Assembly: GCA_965218785.1 (NCBI GenBank)
Contig: OZ244650.1
Span: 416,001 to 480,000 of the forward strand
DNA from: Nitrosopumilus sp.
GTDB lineage: Archaea > Thermoproteota > Nitrososphaeria > Nitrososphaerales > Nitrosopumilaceae
Length of the DNA: 64,000 bases
Direction of reading: 5' to 3'
Positions 39,770 through 49,496 of this stretch are shown here, piece after piece. Made by a program: the position numbers and the translations under genes. Position 1 is the stretch's first letter; every line of letters starts with the position of its first letter. The notes under the pieces were generated by a model. That model was given only the letters and a program-made list of their open reading frames with translations, searched no databases and was not told where the DNA came from.

Positions 39770-39922
39770 TTATCTAAAGTCCTCATCATCTGTCCAGTCA
39801 TTTCCCTGAAGATTCCACTGGTTACATTTGCAGCATTTTTTGACTCCCCTTTGGGCATCAATATCTATGCAAAAACAGTGCTCTCCCTTCCCGGATGAAT
39901 CCCCGCTACATAGTTTTTGCAT
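39770..39922 (-). CDS. 50-aa Cys-rich micro-protein (not in ORF track)
   Basis: Hand translation MQKLCSGDSSGKGEHCFCIDIDAQRGVKKCCKCNQWNLQGNDWTDDEDFR*; fills the rps13-wHTH gap; TAATTAA about 25 nt upstream. Confidence 0.6.
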   Translation of the reverse strand: MQKLCSGDSSGKGEHCFCIDIDAQRGVKKCCKCNQWNLQGNDWTDDEDFR

Positions 39923-40005
39923 GATTTTCTGGGTGTCTTTTTCTTAATTACCCTATTGGCGTCTTTTGAAAAGTTATAAATTTACAAATCTTTTGTTACA
40001 AAGAA

Positions 40006-40317
40006 ATGGCTGAAACCTTCGATCGGGAAAAAGTCGTAGATTGCATGTTTGATCCCGTAACGTCTTTGATATTGGCAGAACTAGAAGATGGTGAAAAAGA
40101 ATGCTCATTTCTGGCCAAACAGTCCTCCATATCCGAATCACAAGTCCTTGAACGGCTGTCCTATCTGATAGAATATGAATTCATTTCCAGAAATTCCAAT
40201 GATGGAAAATGCATGCTTGCTGCCAATCTTGAAAAACTCAGTGCCGTTGTTGAGGAGAATGGAAACTTTGATGCTGCCATTGACGGTCTTGAAAAGATGG
40301 ATAGTTATCTAAACTGA
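40006..40317 (+). CDS. Winged-helix (ArsR-like) DNA-binding protein
   Basis: FDP...ILAEL.DGEK....LA....IS.S.V...L..L...FI pattern. Confidence 0.65.
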   Translation: MAETFDREKVVDCMFDPVTSLILAELEDGEKECSFLAKQSSISESQVLERLSYLIEYEFISRNSNDGKCMLAANLEKLSAVVEENGNFDAAIDGLEKMDSYLN

Positions 40318-40812
40318 TCTGATTTTATTTCTAATCCCGTAGATTCCTACTGCTACTAATCCTGCCATTCCGATAACCAATACATACACTGAGATAAAAC
40401 CAAGCGATTTCTTGCCGGCATCCGGAAGCGGTCCTATGGCTCCAAACACCTGGATTTCCTCATTACTTGTGCTTTGAACTACCAGCTTGTAAGTTCCGGT
40501 TTCAATGACGTCAAATTCCTCCTCAGTGCTCTCCTCACTAACTGACTGAGAAGCTATTTCCACATCAAACGGATTTAAAATTCTAGCAGAAAACACACCT
40601 TCCTTGAATTCTAAGATCTGTACTGCAAAAACCCCCGTTGATGTCTCCTGTGCATCAAACTCTGCTGAAACTGTCAGCATTTGATCTGAACTTATTATTC
40701 CGTTTTCCTGACTAACCCCCTCTAAAATTACCTGACTTCCTATGGCCAGCAGGATCAGCCCTATCACAATTAATGCCCCTGCAATGACGATCATTATTGC
40801 TGACTTTTGCAC
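40309..40812 (-). CDS. Membrane protein with N- and C-terminal TM helices and an acidic extracellular domain
   Basis: Hydropathy pattern. Confidence 0.75.
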   Translation of the reverse strand: MQKSAIMIVIAGALIVIGLILLAIGSQVILEGVSQENGIISSDQMLTVSAEFDAQETSTGVFAVQILEFKEGVFSARILNPFDVEIASQSVSEESTEEEFDVIETGTYKLVVQSTSNEEIQVFGAIGPLPDAGKKSLGFISVYVLVIGMAGLVAVGIYGIRNKIRSV

Positions 40813-40862
40813 AAATCATGATTATTCCTCTTTAGTTTAAACGTAATTTTTCTAAAATCTGA

Positions 40863-40920
40863 AAATTAGTCTTGTATAATAAAATTAGATTAGACTAAAA
40901 AAATTAGCTTAGATTAAATT
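40863..40920. promoter_or_regulatory. Three tandem DtxR/MntR-like operator boxes abutting the TATA box of the MCO-ZIP operon
   Basis: AAATTAG at 40863, 40882 and 40901 (period 19); TTAGATTAGACTAA and TTAGCTTAGATTAA are imperfect palindromes; TTTAAATA at 40919. Confidence 0.6.
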
Positions 40921-40951
40921 TAAATAAAGAATTTTTCTCTCACTACATATC

Positions 40952-42007
40952 TTGAAAATAAACCGCTCTAGTGTCATGCTCCTGTCAATTTCAGTAATTG
41001 TCGGAATTTCTGTGATTCTAGTCCTTCCAACAATCTCTGAAGCCCAGACTGAACAAAAGACGTTTGTATCACATTCGGGAATAGTCGTAAAGACATCCGG
41101 AGAAATCATTGATCCCATTTATACCGTATCAACTGTGGATTTTGATCCTGACGAGTTTTTGAGAAATTTTGAATATGGCAGGATTTCTGTCTCTGAAAGC
41201 GGACAGACAGTTAGGGATTATACGATTATAGCCGAAGATGACGGGATTCAGGAAATATCTCCGGGCATCTTTTATAATGTCTGGACCTTTAATGGAACTG
41301 TTCCCGGTCCTACCATAAGGGCCACAGAGGGGGATCTTCTCAGGATTCAATTCATCAATAACGGTTCAAAATCACACACAATGCATTTTCATGGAATTCA
41401 TCCTGCCATAATGGATGGGGTCTTTGAACCTGTGGGTGGCGGGGGCGGACAGTTCGTATATGAATTTGAAGCAGGTCCTGTGGGCGTCCATCCATATCAC
41501 TGTCATGTCATGCCGCTTGAGGAACATATCGTACATGGTCTTTATGGCGTGTTTATAGTTGATCCAAAAGAACAACGGCCGCCTGCCGATGAAATGGTAA
41601 TGGTTCTAAACGGTCTGGACACTGATTTTGACTCTGAAAATAATTTCTATGCTGCAAACACCATTCCATTTTACTACCAACACCATCCCATCCAAATTAA
41701 CACTCATGAATTGATTCGAGTCTATGTCGTCAACATGGTCGAATTTGATCCAATAAACAATTTACACCTGCATGGTAATTTGTACAAATACTATCCCACA
41801 GGTACGGATATCGTTCCATCATTTTACACCGACATGATCACGCTGTCACAAACTGAGCGTGGAATAATGGAATTTGAGTACGAATATCCTGGAAAATACC
41901 TGTTCCATGCCCACAAGGTAGAGTTTTCAGAGAAAGGCTGGGTAGGGATCTTCCTTGTCAGGGATAATCCGGAAAAAAATACGTTGGAATCCGAATATGG
42001 AACTTGA
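40952..42007 (+). CDS. Two-domain multicopper oxidase (T1 site in domain 1, type C-like), membrane-anchored
   Basis: HTMHFHG, YHCH....EH..HGL in domain 1; LHLHG and FHAH (no Cys) in domain 2. Confidence 0.88.
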   Translation: MKINRSSVMLLSISVIVGISVILVLPTISEAQTEQKTFVSHSGIVVKTSGEIIDPIYTVSTVDFDPDEFLRNFEYGRISVSESGQTVRDYTIIAEDDGIQEISPGIFYNVWTFNGTVPGPTIRATEGDLLRIQFINNGSKSHTMHFHGIHPAIMDGVFEPVGGGGGQFVYEFEAGPVGVHPYHCHVMPLEEHIVHGLYGVFIVDPKEQRPPADEMVMVLNGLDTDFDSENNFYAANTIPFYYQHHPIQINTHELIRVYVVNMVEFDPINNLHLHGNLYKYYPTGTDIVPSFYTDMITLSQTERGIMEFEYEYPGKYLFHAHKVEFSEKGWVGIFLVRDNPEKNTLESEYGT

Positions 42008-43175
42008 TGGCAATTCATCCAAGGCAAAGACTGTTGCAAGTGGAATGATTCCATTTGCATTTGTGGTTTTAATGATGCTCTACATTTTTGGCCCCGGTGC
42101 CGATTTGCTGGATTTTGGGGTTCCATTACCTGAGATAACTATTGAAAAAGTGGATTTTGTAGATTCTGAAATTCGGGCCACGGTTAGAAACACCGGACCG
42201 ATTCCAGTTGAGGTAGTCATGGCAGATATAAATGACAGAATCCAGCCTGCCGCAGTGGAACCTGACAGATTCCTTGATAGATTTGAGACAACCCTGGTTA
42301 GAATTCCGTTTGAGTGGAATGAGGCAGAACCCTACATGATTGGAATAACAATCGAGGATGGAACGCGATTTGAAAAAAAAATTGAATCTGCTGCCCATAT
42401 GTTGGAACCTACCTTGGATCTTGCCGTCTTTTTTGCAGTTATTGGAACCTATGTTGGAATCATTCCTGTAATGATCGGTTTACTGTGGCTTCCCTTCATC
42501 AAGAAGATAAGCAAGCAAAAATTCCACTTTTTTTTGGCATTAACTGCAGGATTGCTGTTTTTCTTGGCAATTGATTCCATTGAAGAAGCAATCAAGGTCT
42601 CTGATCAAAGTCTGGCAGGAAGTTTCAATGGGGCACTGCTTGTTGCAACAGTAATCGTATTATCCTTTCTCGGATTATACTATTCTGGGAATAAACTTGT
42701 TGAACGGGCTGGTTCCTCAAAACTTGCAAAACCTGCTGTAATAGCATTAATGATCTCCATTGGAATAGGCCTACACAATTTTGGGGAAGGTCTGGCAATC
42801 GGAGCGGCAGTCGGGCTGGGCTCTGTAGCATTTAGCACATTTCTGATTGTAGGATTTGCACTGCATAATACTACTGAAGGCATAGCTATTGCCGCTGCAA
42901 TGTCGAGGGGAAAACTGATGATTGGAAGACTGGTCGCAATGGGCATGATTGCCGGCACACCTGCCATCTTTGGCGCATGGTTTGGCGGTTTTTCCTATTC
43001 GCCGATTAATTCGGTAATCTTTCTTGCAGTTGGTGCCGGCGCGATATTTCAGGTAATTGTTGTAGTGATGAAATGGATCCGGGATGAAAGTAACGGCAAT
43101 CTATCAAGTGCTTATGTGGTGTCTGGTTTTGCAGCAGGAATGCTAGTAATGTATCTGACTAGTATCCTGGTTTAG
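41997..43175 (+). CDS. ZIP-family divalent metal transporter with N-terminal extramembrane domain
   Basis: HNFGEG and HNTTEG motifs; overlaps the MCO stop. Confidence 0.9.
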   Translation: MELDGNSSKAKTVASGMIPFAFVVLMMLYIFGPGADLLDFGVPLPEITIEKVDFVDSEIRATVRNTGPIPVEVVMADINDRIQPAAVEPDRFLDRFETTLVRIPFEWNEAEPYMIGITIEDGTRFEKKIESAAHMLEPTLDLAVFFAVIGTYVGIIPVMIGLLWLPFIKKISKQKFHFFLALTAGLLFFLAIDSIEEAIKVSDQSLAGSFNGALLVATVIVLSFLGLYYSGNKLVERAGSSKLAKPAVIALMISIGIGLHNFGEGLAIGAAVGLGSVAFSTFLIVGFALHNTTEGIAIAAAMSRGKLMIGRLVAMGMIAGTPAIFGAWFGGFSYSPINSVIFLAVGAGAIFQVIVVVMKWIRDESNGNLSSAYVVSGFAAGMLVMYLTSILV

Positions 43176-44530
43176 TTTGGTTCCGGATGTATTGTAATTA
43201 CCGAGTTTTTGATCTCCGCTCTAATGATGTGCTCTACCTCGGATGTCAAATCATGAACTTTTTCAATGGATAATTCCCCGTCAAACGAACAATCAATGTC
43301 TATTTTGAGAATGTTCTCAAAATTCAACGATAATATGCGCCCGATCTTTCTAATTTCTGGGTACCTCTCCAGGATTGTCTGGATTCTTTCCTCCGTTACC
43401 TTGTCTTCCAAATTTAAATTCTCAGGCAGCCTCAGGAACGGCTCCAAATGGATTGTGGCATGTTCAATCTCGGGGATGTTTTCCTGAATTTTCTGCTCTA
43501 TAATTTCGGAAATCATGTGTGCCGATAACAGATTGATCTCCCTATCTACCATTACATGCAAATTCGAATATGTCTTTCCTCTGGTCTTGTGAGTACTGAC
43601 ATTATGCACGCCTTTTACCCCCTTGATGCCTTTTGCAATATCTAGAATTCTTGCATCTAATGGAACATCCTCCCAGTTTGGCTCAAAATGAATTGTAGTT
43701 GCCGCATTAGGAATCTTATTTTTTATATTTCCCTCAACCTTGTCACTGATCTCATGTGCCTTATCAAAACTGGTATCCCCCCTCAATGAAATTGTAATGT
43801 CTGCAAAAATCACATCTCCTGATTTTCTCATAAGTATTGGATTTGCATCAATTACCCCTTCAGTTGAAGTTGCAACCTCTCTGACATTTTTTACAAGTTC
43901 CGGCGAGATAATGTCTGTTAAATCCAGCGCGGTCCTGTAAACTAGCTTTACACTAAGTATTGCCAGCAGTCCTCCCAGAATTAACGCCGCGGCAAAATCC
44001 CCGTAATAGAATCCGTATGTGACTAGAACTATTCCGATAATTGCAACTAGCGTGGAGCCAAGATCCATAAATGCGTGATAAAAATCCGCCTTGAGTGTCT
44101 CTCCTCCAATCTTCTTAATTGATATTCTTAATAGAATTATTCTGAAAAAATCAACACCGATTGTGTACAGTCCGCCAATTATTGCAAACAGACCGGGTAA
44201 AATGTCTGGAGGCGGACTTTGCAGTCTGTTGATAGATTCGTAAATGAAAAGACAGGCAATTAGAAAAATTGTAATTCCTCCAATCAACCCTCCCAACGAT
44301 TCAATCTTTCCGTGTCCGTAGGTGTGTTCGGCATCTGGTGGCTTGATTGCCATCCTTGCTGCCAAAAGCAAGACAAGAGTTACGACACTGTCTAGCAATG
44401 CATGTATGCTGTCTGTAACGAGGGCCAGACTGTTTGAGAGAACACCGAAGATTAATTCCACTAAAAATGCCGAAAAAATAGCCAAAAGTGAGATTTGTAA
44501 TATCTTGGTTCTCTGGACAAATATTTGCAT
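43172..44530 (-). CDS. Cation diffusion facilitator with three C-terminal dimerisation domains
   Basis: SLALVTDSIH, PPDAEHTYGHGK.E, H...D; IHFEP, IHLEP, IHPEP repeats. Confidence 0.92.
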   Translation of the reverse strand: MQIFVQRTKILQISLLAIFSAFLVELIFGVLSNSLALVTDSIHALLDSVVTLVLLLAARMAIKPPDAEHTYGHGKIESLGGLIGGITIFLIACLFIYESINRLQSPPPDILPGLFAIIGGLYTIGVDFFRIILLRISIKKIGGETLKADFYHAFMDLGSTLVAIIGIVLVTYGFYYGDFAAALILGGLLAILSVKLVYRTALDLTDIISPELVKNVREVATSTEGVIDANPILMRKSGDVIFADITISLRGDTSFDKAHEISDKVEGNIKNKIPNAATTIHFEPNWEDVPLDARILDIAKGIKGVKGVHNVSTHKTRGKTYSNLHVMVDREINLLSAHMISEIIEQKIQENIPEIEHATIHLEPFLRLPENLNLEDKVTEERIQTILERYPEIRKIGRILSLNFENILKIDIDCSFDGELSIEKVHDLTSEVEHIIRAEIKNSVITIHPEPN

Positions 44531-44614
44531 ATCTCTTGATTTTCTTATTACGTATTACAGGTTTCTAAGAAGAAATGCTCCGACAACGTTATTTGTGATA
44601 ATGATGATTTTGAG

Positions 44615-47600
44615 ATGTTGGATGGGAAATACCTGTACTTGTTGTTGGCAATTTTGCCTGTATTTGTAATGCCGATTCCGGATGCCGTGGCATCAAGCAA
44701 TCCTAACTTGTTCGTATCTGCTGAAAATTCCCAGTTTGAGAACCATTTTTCAGGTTCCATGGTAGTCGAAGTTGTAGTTTATGAGCCCAATATGCGGGAT
44801 CTTGATCGGGGAAGGGGAGAACCTGACGTTACACTCAATGGAAAATCATTACGCATGGTTCAGGCAACTGATGGTCATTGGTATGCCTACTTTGCAAATG
44901 TTAAGAAGGCAAAGATTGCAGATTCTACAGTGGGTCTGGCCGGAGAGGGTTTGGATTTCGGGGTTTTTTGCAGCAGGGACACGCCTTTATCCGTACTGGG
45001 TATTGCCATCTCAGAGACTGACGGGGTTGCAGTCCCACAATCAGGCGGACTGGCAGGTTTTACCAACGGGGATTCCTCATTTGCTTTATGTACTGGTTCC
45101 CCATCCGGTTCTGAAAATTTGAATAATATAGTCAGAAAGGCAAAATCAATTAACACGAATTCCAATGTTCCTGCCGGACAAATTGGTCTGGATTCTGATG
45201 CATGGCCGTTAATCCAGCTTTATTCTTTTGGTGATGTTACAATTCGTTACAATCCTGCCGGTTCGTCACAGCAAGTCTCACTTGAGTACGATGATATTCC
45301 AAATATTTCCACGAGTCTTGATAGGGATGTTTTTCCAAACAACTCTGAAGTTTTCCTAACCATTAATGATTTTCAATTAAATCAGGATCCTACAGACGAG
45401 GATTCTTGGACATTTGATATTGATTCTAACCCGTCAACGTTTTACCAGGCATATGACCGCTCAGGTTCCAGCTCTGCTAATGGCGGTCCTGGCTTGGTGA
45501 ATCTGGTGCCATCTCTTTCTAGACTGGGATTTGATGATAATGGGAAACTTTTTGTAAACCTGAGTGCCGTACTGGAACTGCAATCAAATGACGAACAGCC
45601 GGCAACCAGCATTACTGACGGAACTGATACTTTTGCCGAAATCCTCACCCTAGTCGAAGACGGTCCGAATTCTGGCATCTTTGATAGTGGTGATAATGCC
45701 AACCAGTCAACTTTGGGCATCTTGGCTAATGCCCCAAGAGGCCAGGGCGGAATAATAACTTACAACAAGCAGTCAATATCTGTCCTAACAGGCACTTCTA
45801 CTGCCACTATCTCCGTGCCAAATCCCAGTTTGAGAATTGGTGACGGCGTGCAATCTTTGAAATCCGGAACTGAATTTCCCGTGGTCCTAGTCGATCCTGA
45901 TCAAAATTTGAATTCTGACTTGCGTGATGATTTGGATGTATTTAGGGATTCGGCCATAATTCCAACACTGAGGATTGGTTCTCCTGTCACTCTTGAGCAG
46001 TCCTCTGATGTCGAGTTATTTCTCCTGTCTACTGGTTCATTGGATGCAGACGGTGATTCTGCAAGTTCCTTTGTTCCTGACACAAATTCCGCACGCCTAA
46101 TCATCGATACCTCTACGGTAGATCTAGCCACTTTTGAGAAAATTTCAATAAATCTGGGAATTACTGCCTCGGAATTATACTCCCTCTTTATAGACACCTC
46201 TCTTTCAAATCATGACGGTACTAACTGGCTAAACTATGATTTACGATCTTTTGCAAATGATCTGGGAATTTCTGATTTTACTGATACGACGATGGAGCTC
46301 TACTTTGGAACTGCCAGAACCACGCCTGTGAAAATCGTTGATTCTGGAGACTTTTCATCTTCTAGCGGCATGGTTCGTTTGGCCGATTCTGGCATCTCAT
46401 CTATCTCAGATAAGAGCGGTACTGTTTATCTTGTGATTAATTTTGACTCCTCAAATGATGATACCCGTGTTGGAAGCATTCCAAGCAAGACTGGTTTGCA
46501 ACCTGTGATGCTTGACTTTTTTTCATTCGGAGTTGTTGATTCTGATGATGTAAATAATGCCATCTATCGTTTTGAATTGGAGGAAACCTCCCGTGATTCT
46601 GCCACCTTTGATGGAACCCTAGAGTATTCCATTGCAAGCCATCTGGACATCTTAGATCCGCTGTTTATCCAAGCCATCCGGCCAATCAGTGATAAAGTAA
46701 AATTTATTGTTACAGGCAGATCAGTAGATGATGAGGGAATATCCATTTCATATTCTGATCTGGATGTGGGAGGCGATTTTAAGACTGCTTCTACAAAATC
46801 TGATATTGATACAGCATCTGGCGTCATATCAACGAATTCCAAATCCTACCGTTTTGGCCAATCTGTAAAAATCACATTAAATGATCCTGATCTGAATTTG
46901 AAAAATGATATTGTTGATATTTATTTTGTAATTAATGATCCCGGCTCTGCAAATGTTGATACTGTTGGAAAAGACAGAGACATCCTACTTGAAGTCCTAC
47001 TAAAGGACATTCGCTACAAGCGCTGTACTGTAAATGGTGTTGAACGGGGAGGCCTGGGTTCCACCGGATTTACTCTTGCTGAAACAGGGCCTAGTACCGG
47101 AATTTTTGAAGGAACATTCAAAATGCCTTCAACAATATGCAACAAATCTGGAACCAAGTTGATTTCATCGGCTGGTGGCAGTCTTGATGTAAAATATTAT
47201 GATTCACATGATGCTTCTGGAAATTCCAACGTATTTAGCATGCTAAAGAGCAGACAGGTGTCTTCATTTCACAGTCCGCCACAACTAAGTGCATATGAGA
47301 TTAAGAGGCCACTCTTAGGAGAAGAAGAAATCGTGCTTTCAGGAAGTATTGGGAATCATAAGAGGGGAGTTCCATTGGCAGTGACTGTTACTTATCCTGA
47401 TGGGAAATCCCAAAGCTATGGATCACCTCTTGCATCTAGCGGTAGTTACAAATCCGTAATCTCAGTTAATGAAAGCTCCCTGCCTGGAGTTTATAATATA
47501 GAATTATCTTATGATGATTCCCCTGTTGGCACAGTCTCATTTGTGGTCTCAACTACTGAAATCCCAATCCTGATCAAAAACAGTACAAAATTACTGCCCT

Positions 47601-47980
47601 CAGATATGATTTCTGATTCTGAACCCATTGATGAGGCAGAACATCTAGCTGAGGAAGATGATCTCATCACGACTCTACCACTACCACCATCAGAAAATGA
47701 CTCTTCTGAGCAGCGTATTCCAGATTGGATCAAAAACAATGCGGAGCGATGGCCCTCAGATATGATCTCCGATTCTGAATTTATTGACGGGATCAAATAT
47801 CTAGCTGAGGCGGGTATTATCACGCCTCTTCTACCACCGCCAGAAAATGACCTTTCTGAGCAGCATATTCCTGATTGGATCAAAAATATTGCAAAATGGT
47901 GGGCCGACGATCTAATTTCTGATGAAGACTTTGTAAAATCAGTGCAATACTTGGTCAAAAAAGGTATAATTCTAGTATAA
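44615..47980 (+). CDS. Large S-layer-protein-like surface protein with C-terminal IPDWIK repeats
   Basis: Signal peptide; NLFVSAENSQF..GEPDVT.NGK.LRMVQA.DG.WY as I recall from thaumarchaeal SLPs; D.D.N and ETG..TG.F Ig-like motifs; three tail repeats. Confidence 0.75.
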   Translation: MLDGKYLYLLLAILPVFVMPIPDAVASSNPNLFVSAENSQFENHFSGSMVVEVVVYEPNMRDLDRGRGEPDVTLNGKSLRMVQATDGHWYAYFANVKKAKIADSTVGLAGEGLDFGVFCSRDTPLSVLGIAISETDGVAVPQSGGLAGFTNGDSSFALCTGSPSGSENLNNIVRKAKSINTNSNVPAGQIGLDSDAWPLIQLYSFGDVTIRYNPAGSSQQVSLEYDDIPNISTSLDRDVFPNNSEVFLTINDFQLNQDPTDEDSWTFDIDSNPSTFYQAYDRSGSSSANGGPGLVNLVPSLSRLGFDDNGKLFVNLSAVLELQSNDEQPATSITDGTDTFAEILTLVEDGPNSGIFDSGDNANQSTLGILANAPRGQGGIITYNKQSISVLTGTSTATISVPNPSLRIGDGVQSLKSGTEFPVVLVDPDQNLNSDLRDDLDVFRDSAIIPTLRIGSPVTLEQSSDVELFLLSTGSLDADGDSASSFVPDTNSARLIIDTSTVDLATFEKISINLGITASELYSLFIDTSLSNHDGTNWLNYDLRSFANDLGISDFTDTTMELYFGTARTTPVKIVDSGDFSSSSGMVRLADSGISSISDKSGTVYLVINFDSSNDDTRVGSIPSKTGLQPVMLDFFSFGVVDSDDVNNAIYRFELEETSRDSATFDGTLEYSIASHLDILDPLFIQAIRPISDKVKFIVTGRSVDDEGISISYSDLDVGGDFKTASTKSDIDTASGVISTNSKSYRFGQSVKITLNDPDLNLKNDIVDIYFVINDPGSANVDTVGKDRDILLEVLLKDIRYKRCTVNGVERGGLGSTGFTLAETGPSTGIFEGTFKMPSTICNKSGTKLISSAGGSLDVKYYDSHDASGNSNVFSMLKSRQVSSFHSPPQLSAYEIKRPLLGEEEIVLSGSIGNHKRGVPLAVTVTYPDGKSQSYGSPLASSGSYKSVISVNESSLPGVYNIELSYDDSPVGTVSFVVSTTEIPILIKNSTKLLPSDMISDSEPIDEAEHLAEEDDLITTLPLPPSENDSSEQRIPDWIKNNAERWPSDMISDSEFIDGIKYLAEAGIITPLLPPPENDLSEQHIPDWIKNIAKWWADDLISDEDFVKSVQYLVKKGIILV

Positions 47981-48034
47981 TATGGTCAATTTTTCTTTCA
48001 TTGAAAATATAAATAACATCAATTCATCAAGAAA

Positions 48035-49123
48035 ATGAAAATGAGATTTACAGGTTTCATAATATTTGGTTTGTTAACAATTTCACTCTTATCTTATGGC
48101 GCAAGCAGTCCTGCTTTTGCGGCAAATTCATACATTACTGCAACCTCTGATTTGGATGAAGTCCCAAATGGTGCCACTTTCACAATTTCTGGAATGATTG
48201 TAGATTATGATCCTTCCGGACATGATCTTGGTTATATAATCACCACTCCTGACGAAGGTTTCGCCGATATTGGTCAATTAACCCCTGATTCTGATGGTGA
48301 ATTCACAATAACTATCAATGCCGGTGGCTCATTATGGAAAACATCTGGAGATTACATTGTTAAATTTAAGTATGGTGCAGCCTCAGGCGAAGTTATAATT
48401 AATTATGTAGGTGGTGAGGCTCCTCCTCCTAATGCTATTGTTGTAATTGATACTGACGGCGATGGAGTTCCTGACGATGTTGACGAATGTCCTGATGTTG
48501 CCGGTAATGGTAGCGATGGATGTACATCAGAAGCGCCACCACCACCTCCACCACCACCAACAGATACTGACGGCGATGGAGTTCCTGACGATGAGGATAG
48601 TTGTCCTGATGTTGCTGGTACTGATAGAGATGGATGTCCACCACCACCAGTAGTTGCACCACCACCTGTACCTGACTGTGGAGACGGAACCAAATTAGAA
48701 AATGGTCAATGTGTACCAGATGTGGACGACTCGGACAAGAAAACCGGCTGTTTGATTGCAACTGCAACTTATGGAACTGAATTGGCACCACAGGTTCAAC
48801 TCCTAAGGGAGATTAGAGATAATACCTTATTTTCCACAGCATCTGGCACATCATTTATGACGGGATTTAACCAATTGTACTATTCATTCTCACCAACAAT
48901 TGCTGATTGGGAAAGAGAGAATCCAATGTTCCAAGAAGCAGTAAGGGCATTTATCACTCCGATGATTTCAACACTATCCATTATGACATTGGCTGAAAAT
49001 GGTTCAGAAGTTGAAGTTCTAGGACTGGGAATTTCTATAATTGCACTAAACCTGGGAATGTATATTGCAGCACCGGCACTAGTTGGATTCAAAGTTCACA
49101 AACACATCAAATCTAGAAAATAA
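48035..49123 (+). CDS. CFI-box-CTERM surface protein with thrombospondin type 3-like repeats and polyproline linkers
   Basis: DTDGDGVPD..D.CP twice; PPPPPPPP; GCLIATATYGTELAPQVQ. Confidence 0.87.
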   Translation: MKMRFTGFIIFGLLTISLLSYGASSPAFAANSYITATSDLDEVPNGATFTISGMIVDYDPSGHDLGYIITTPDEGFADIGQLTPDSDGEFTITINAGGSLWKTSGDYIVKFKYGAASGEVIINYVGGEAPPPNAIVVIDTDGDGVPDDVDECPDVAGNGSDGCTSEAPPPPPPPPTDTDGDGVPDDEDSCPDVAGTDRDGCPPPPVVAPPPVPDCGDGTKLENGQCVPDVDDSDKKTGCLIATATYGTELAPQVQLLREIRDNTLFSTASGTSFMTGFNQLYYSFSPTIADWERENPMFQEAVRAFITPMISTLSIMTLAENGSEVEVLGLGISIIALNLGMYIAAPALVGFKVHKHIKSRK

Positions 49124-49172
49124 TCTCTGATTTCATTAATAGGTTATTATATTGAAACACATTAGATAATCT

Positions 49173-49496
49173 ATGAATATAGAGTATGAAGAATTTGACA
49201 CCATTGAAGATATCTTCATGTATATGGCATCAGCTGCCCCTCCAATGAAAAATACACTGCCAATTAGTTCCTACAAAGGATACATAATGTCATTTATTCC
49301 ACTCGGTTCAACAGCGGTCGATACGTATCTGATGATTTATTCAAAGGGTTCGCTCGAACCTGGAATATACGAGTTTGATGTGACATCAAAGTCCTACAAA
49401 AAAGTTGAGAGCATTGAAAGAGCAGACAAAGTTTACTTTATCTCTCTGACACCAAAACGCAATACAATAGCAGATGTTGCTGTTGAAAATCTATAA
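49173..49496 (+). CDS. Hypothetical protein
   Basis: 107-aa ORF with its own TATA (TTATTATA), convergent overlap with the radical SAM gene. Confidence 0.75.
   Translation: MNIEYEEFDTIEDIFMYMASAAPPMKNTLPISSYKGYIMSFIPLGSTAVDTYLMIYSKGSLEPGIYEFDVTSKSYKKVESIERADKVYFISLTPKRNTIADVAVENL

Noticed and set aside
40952-42007. Nitrite reductase NirK
   Set aside because: HxH motifs in both domains indicate a trinuclear-site two-domain oxidase, and the ZIP context fits metal handling
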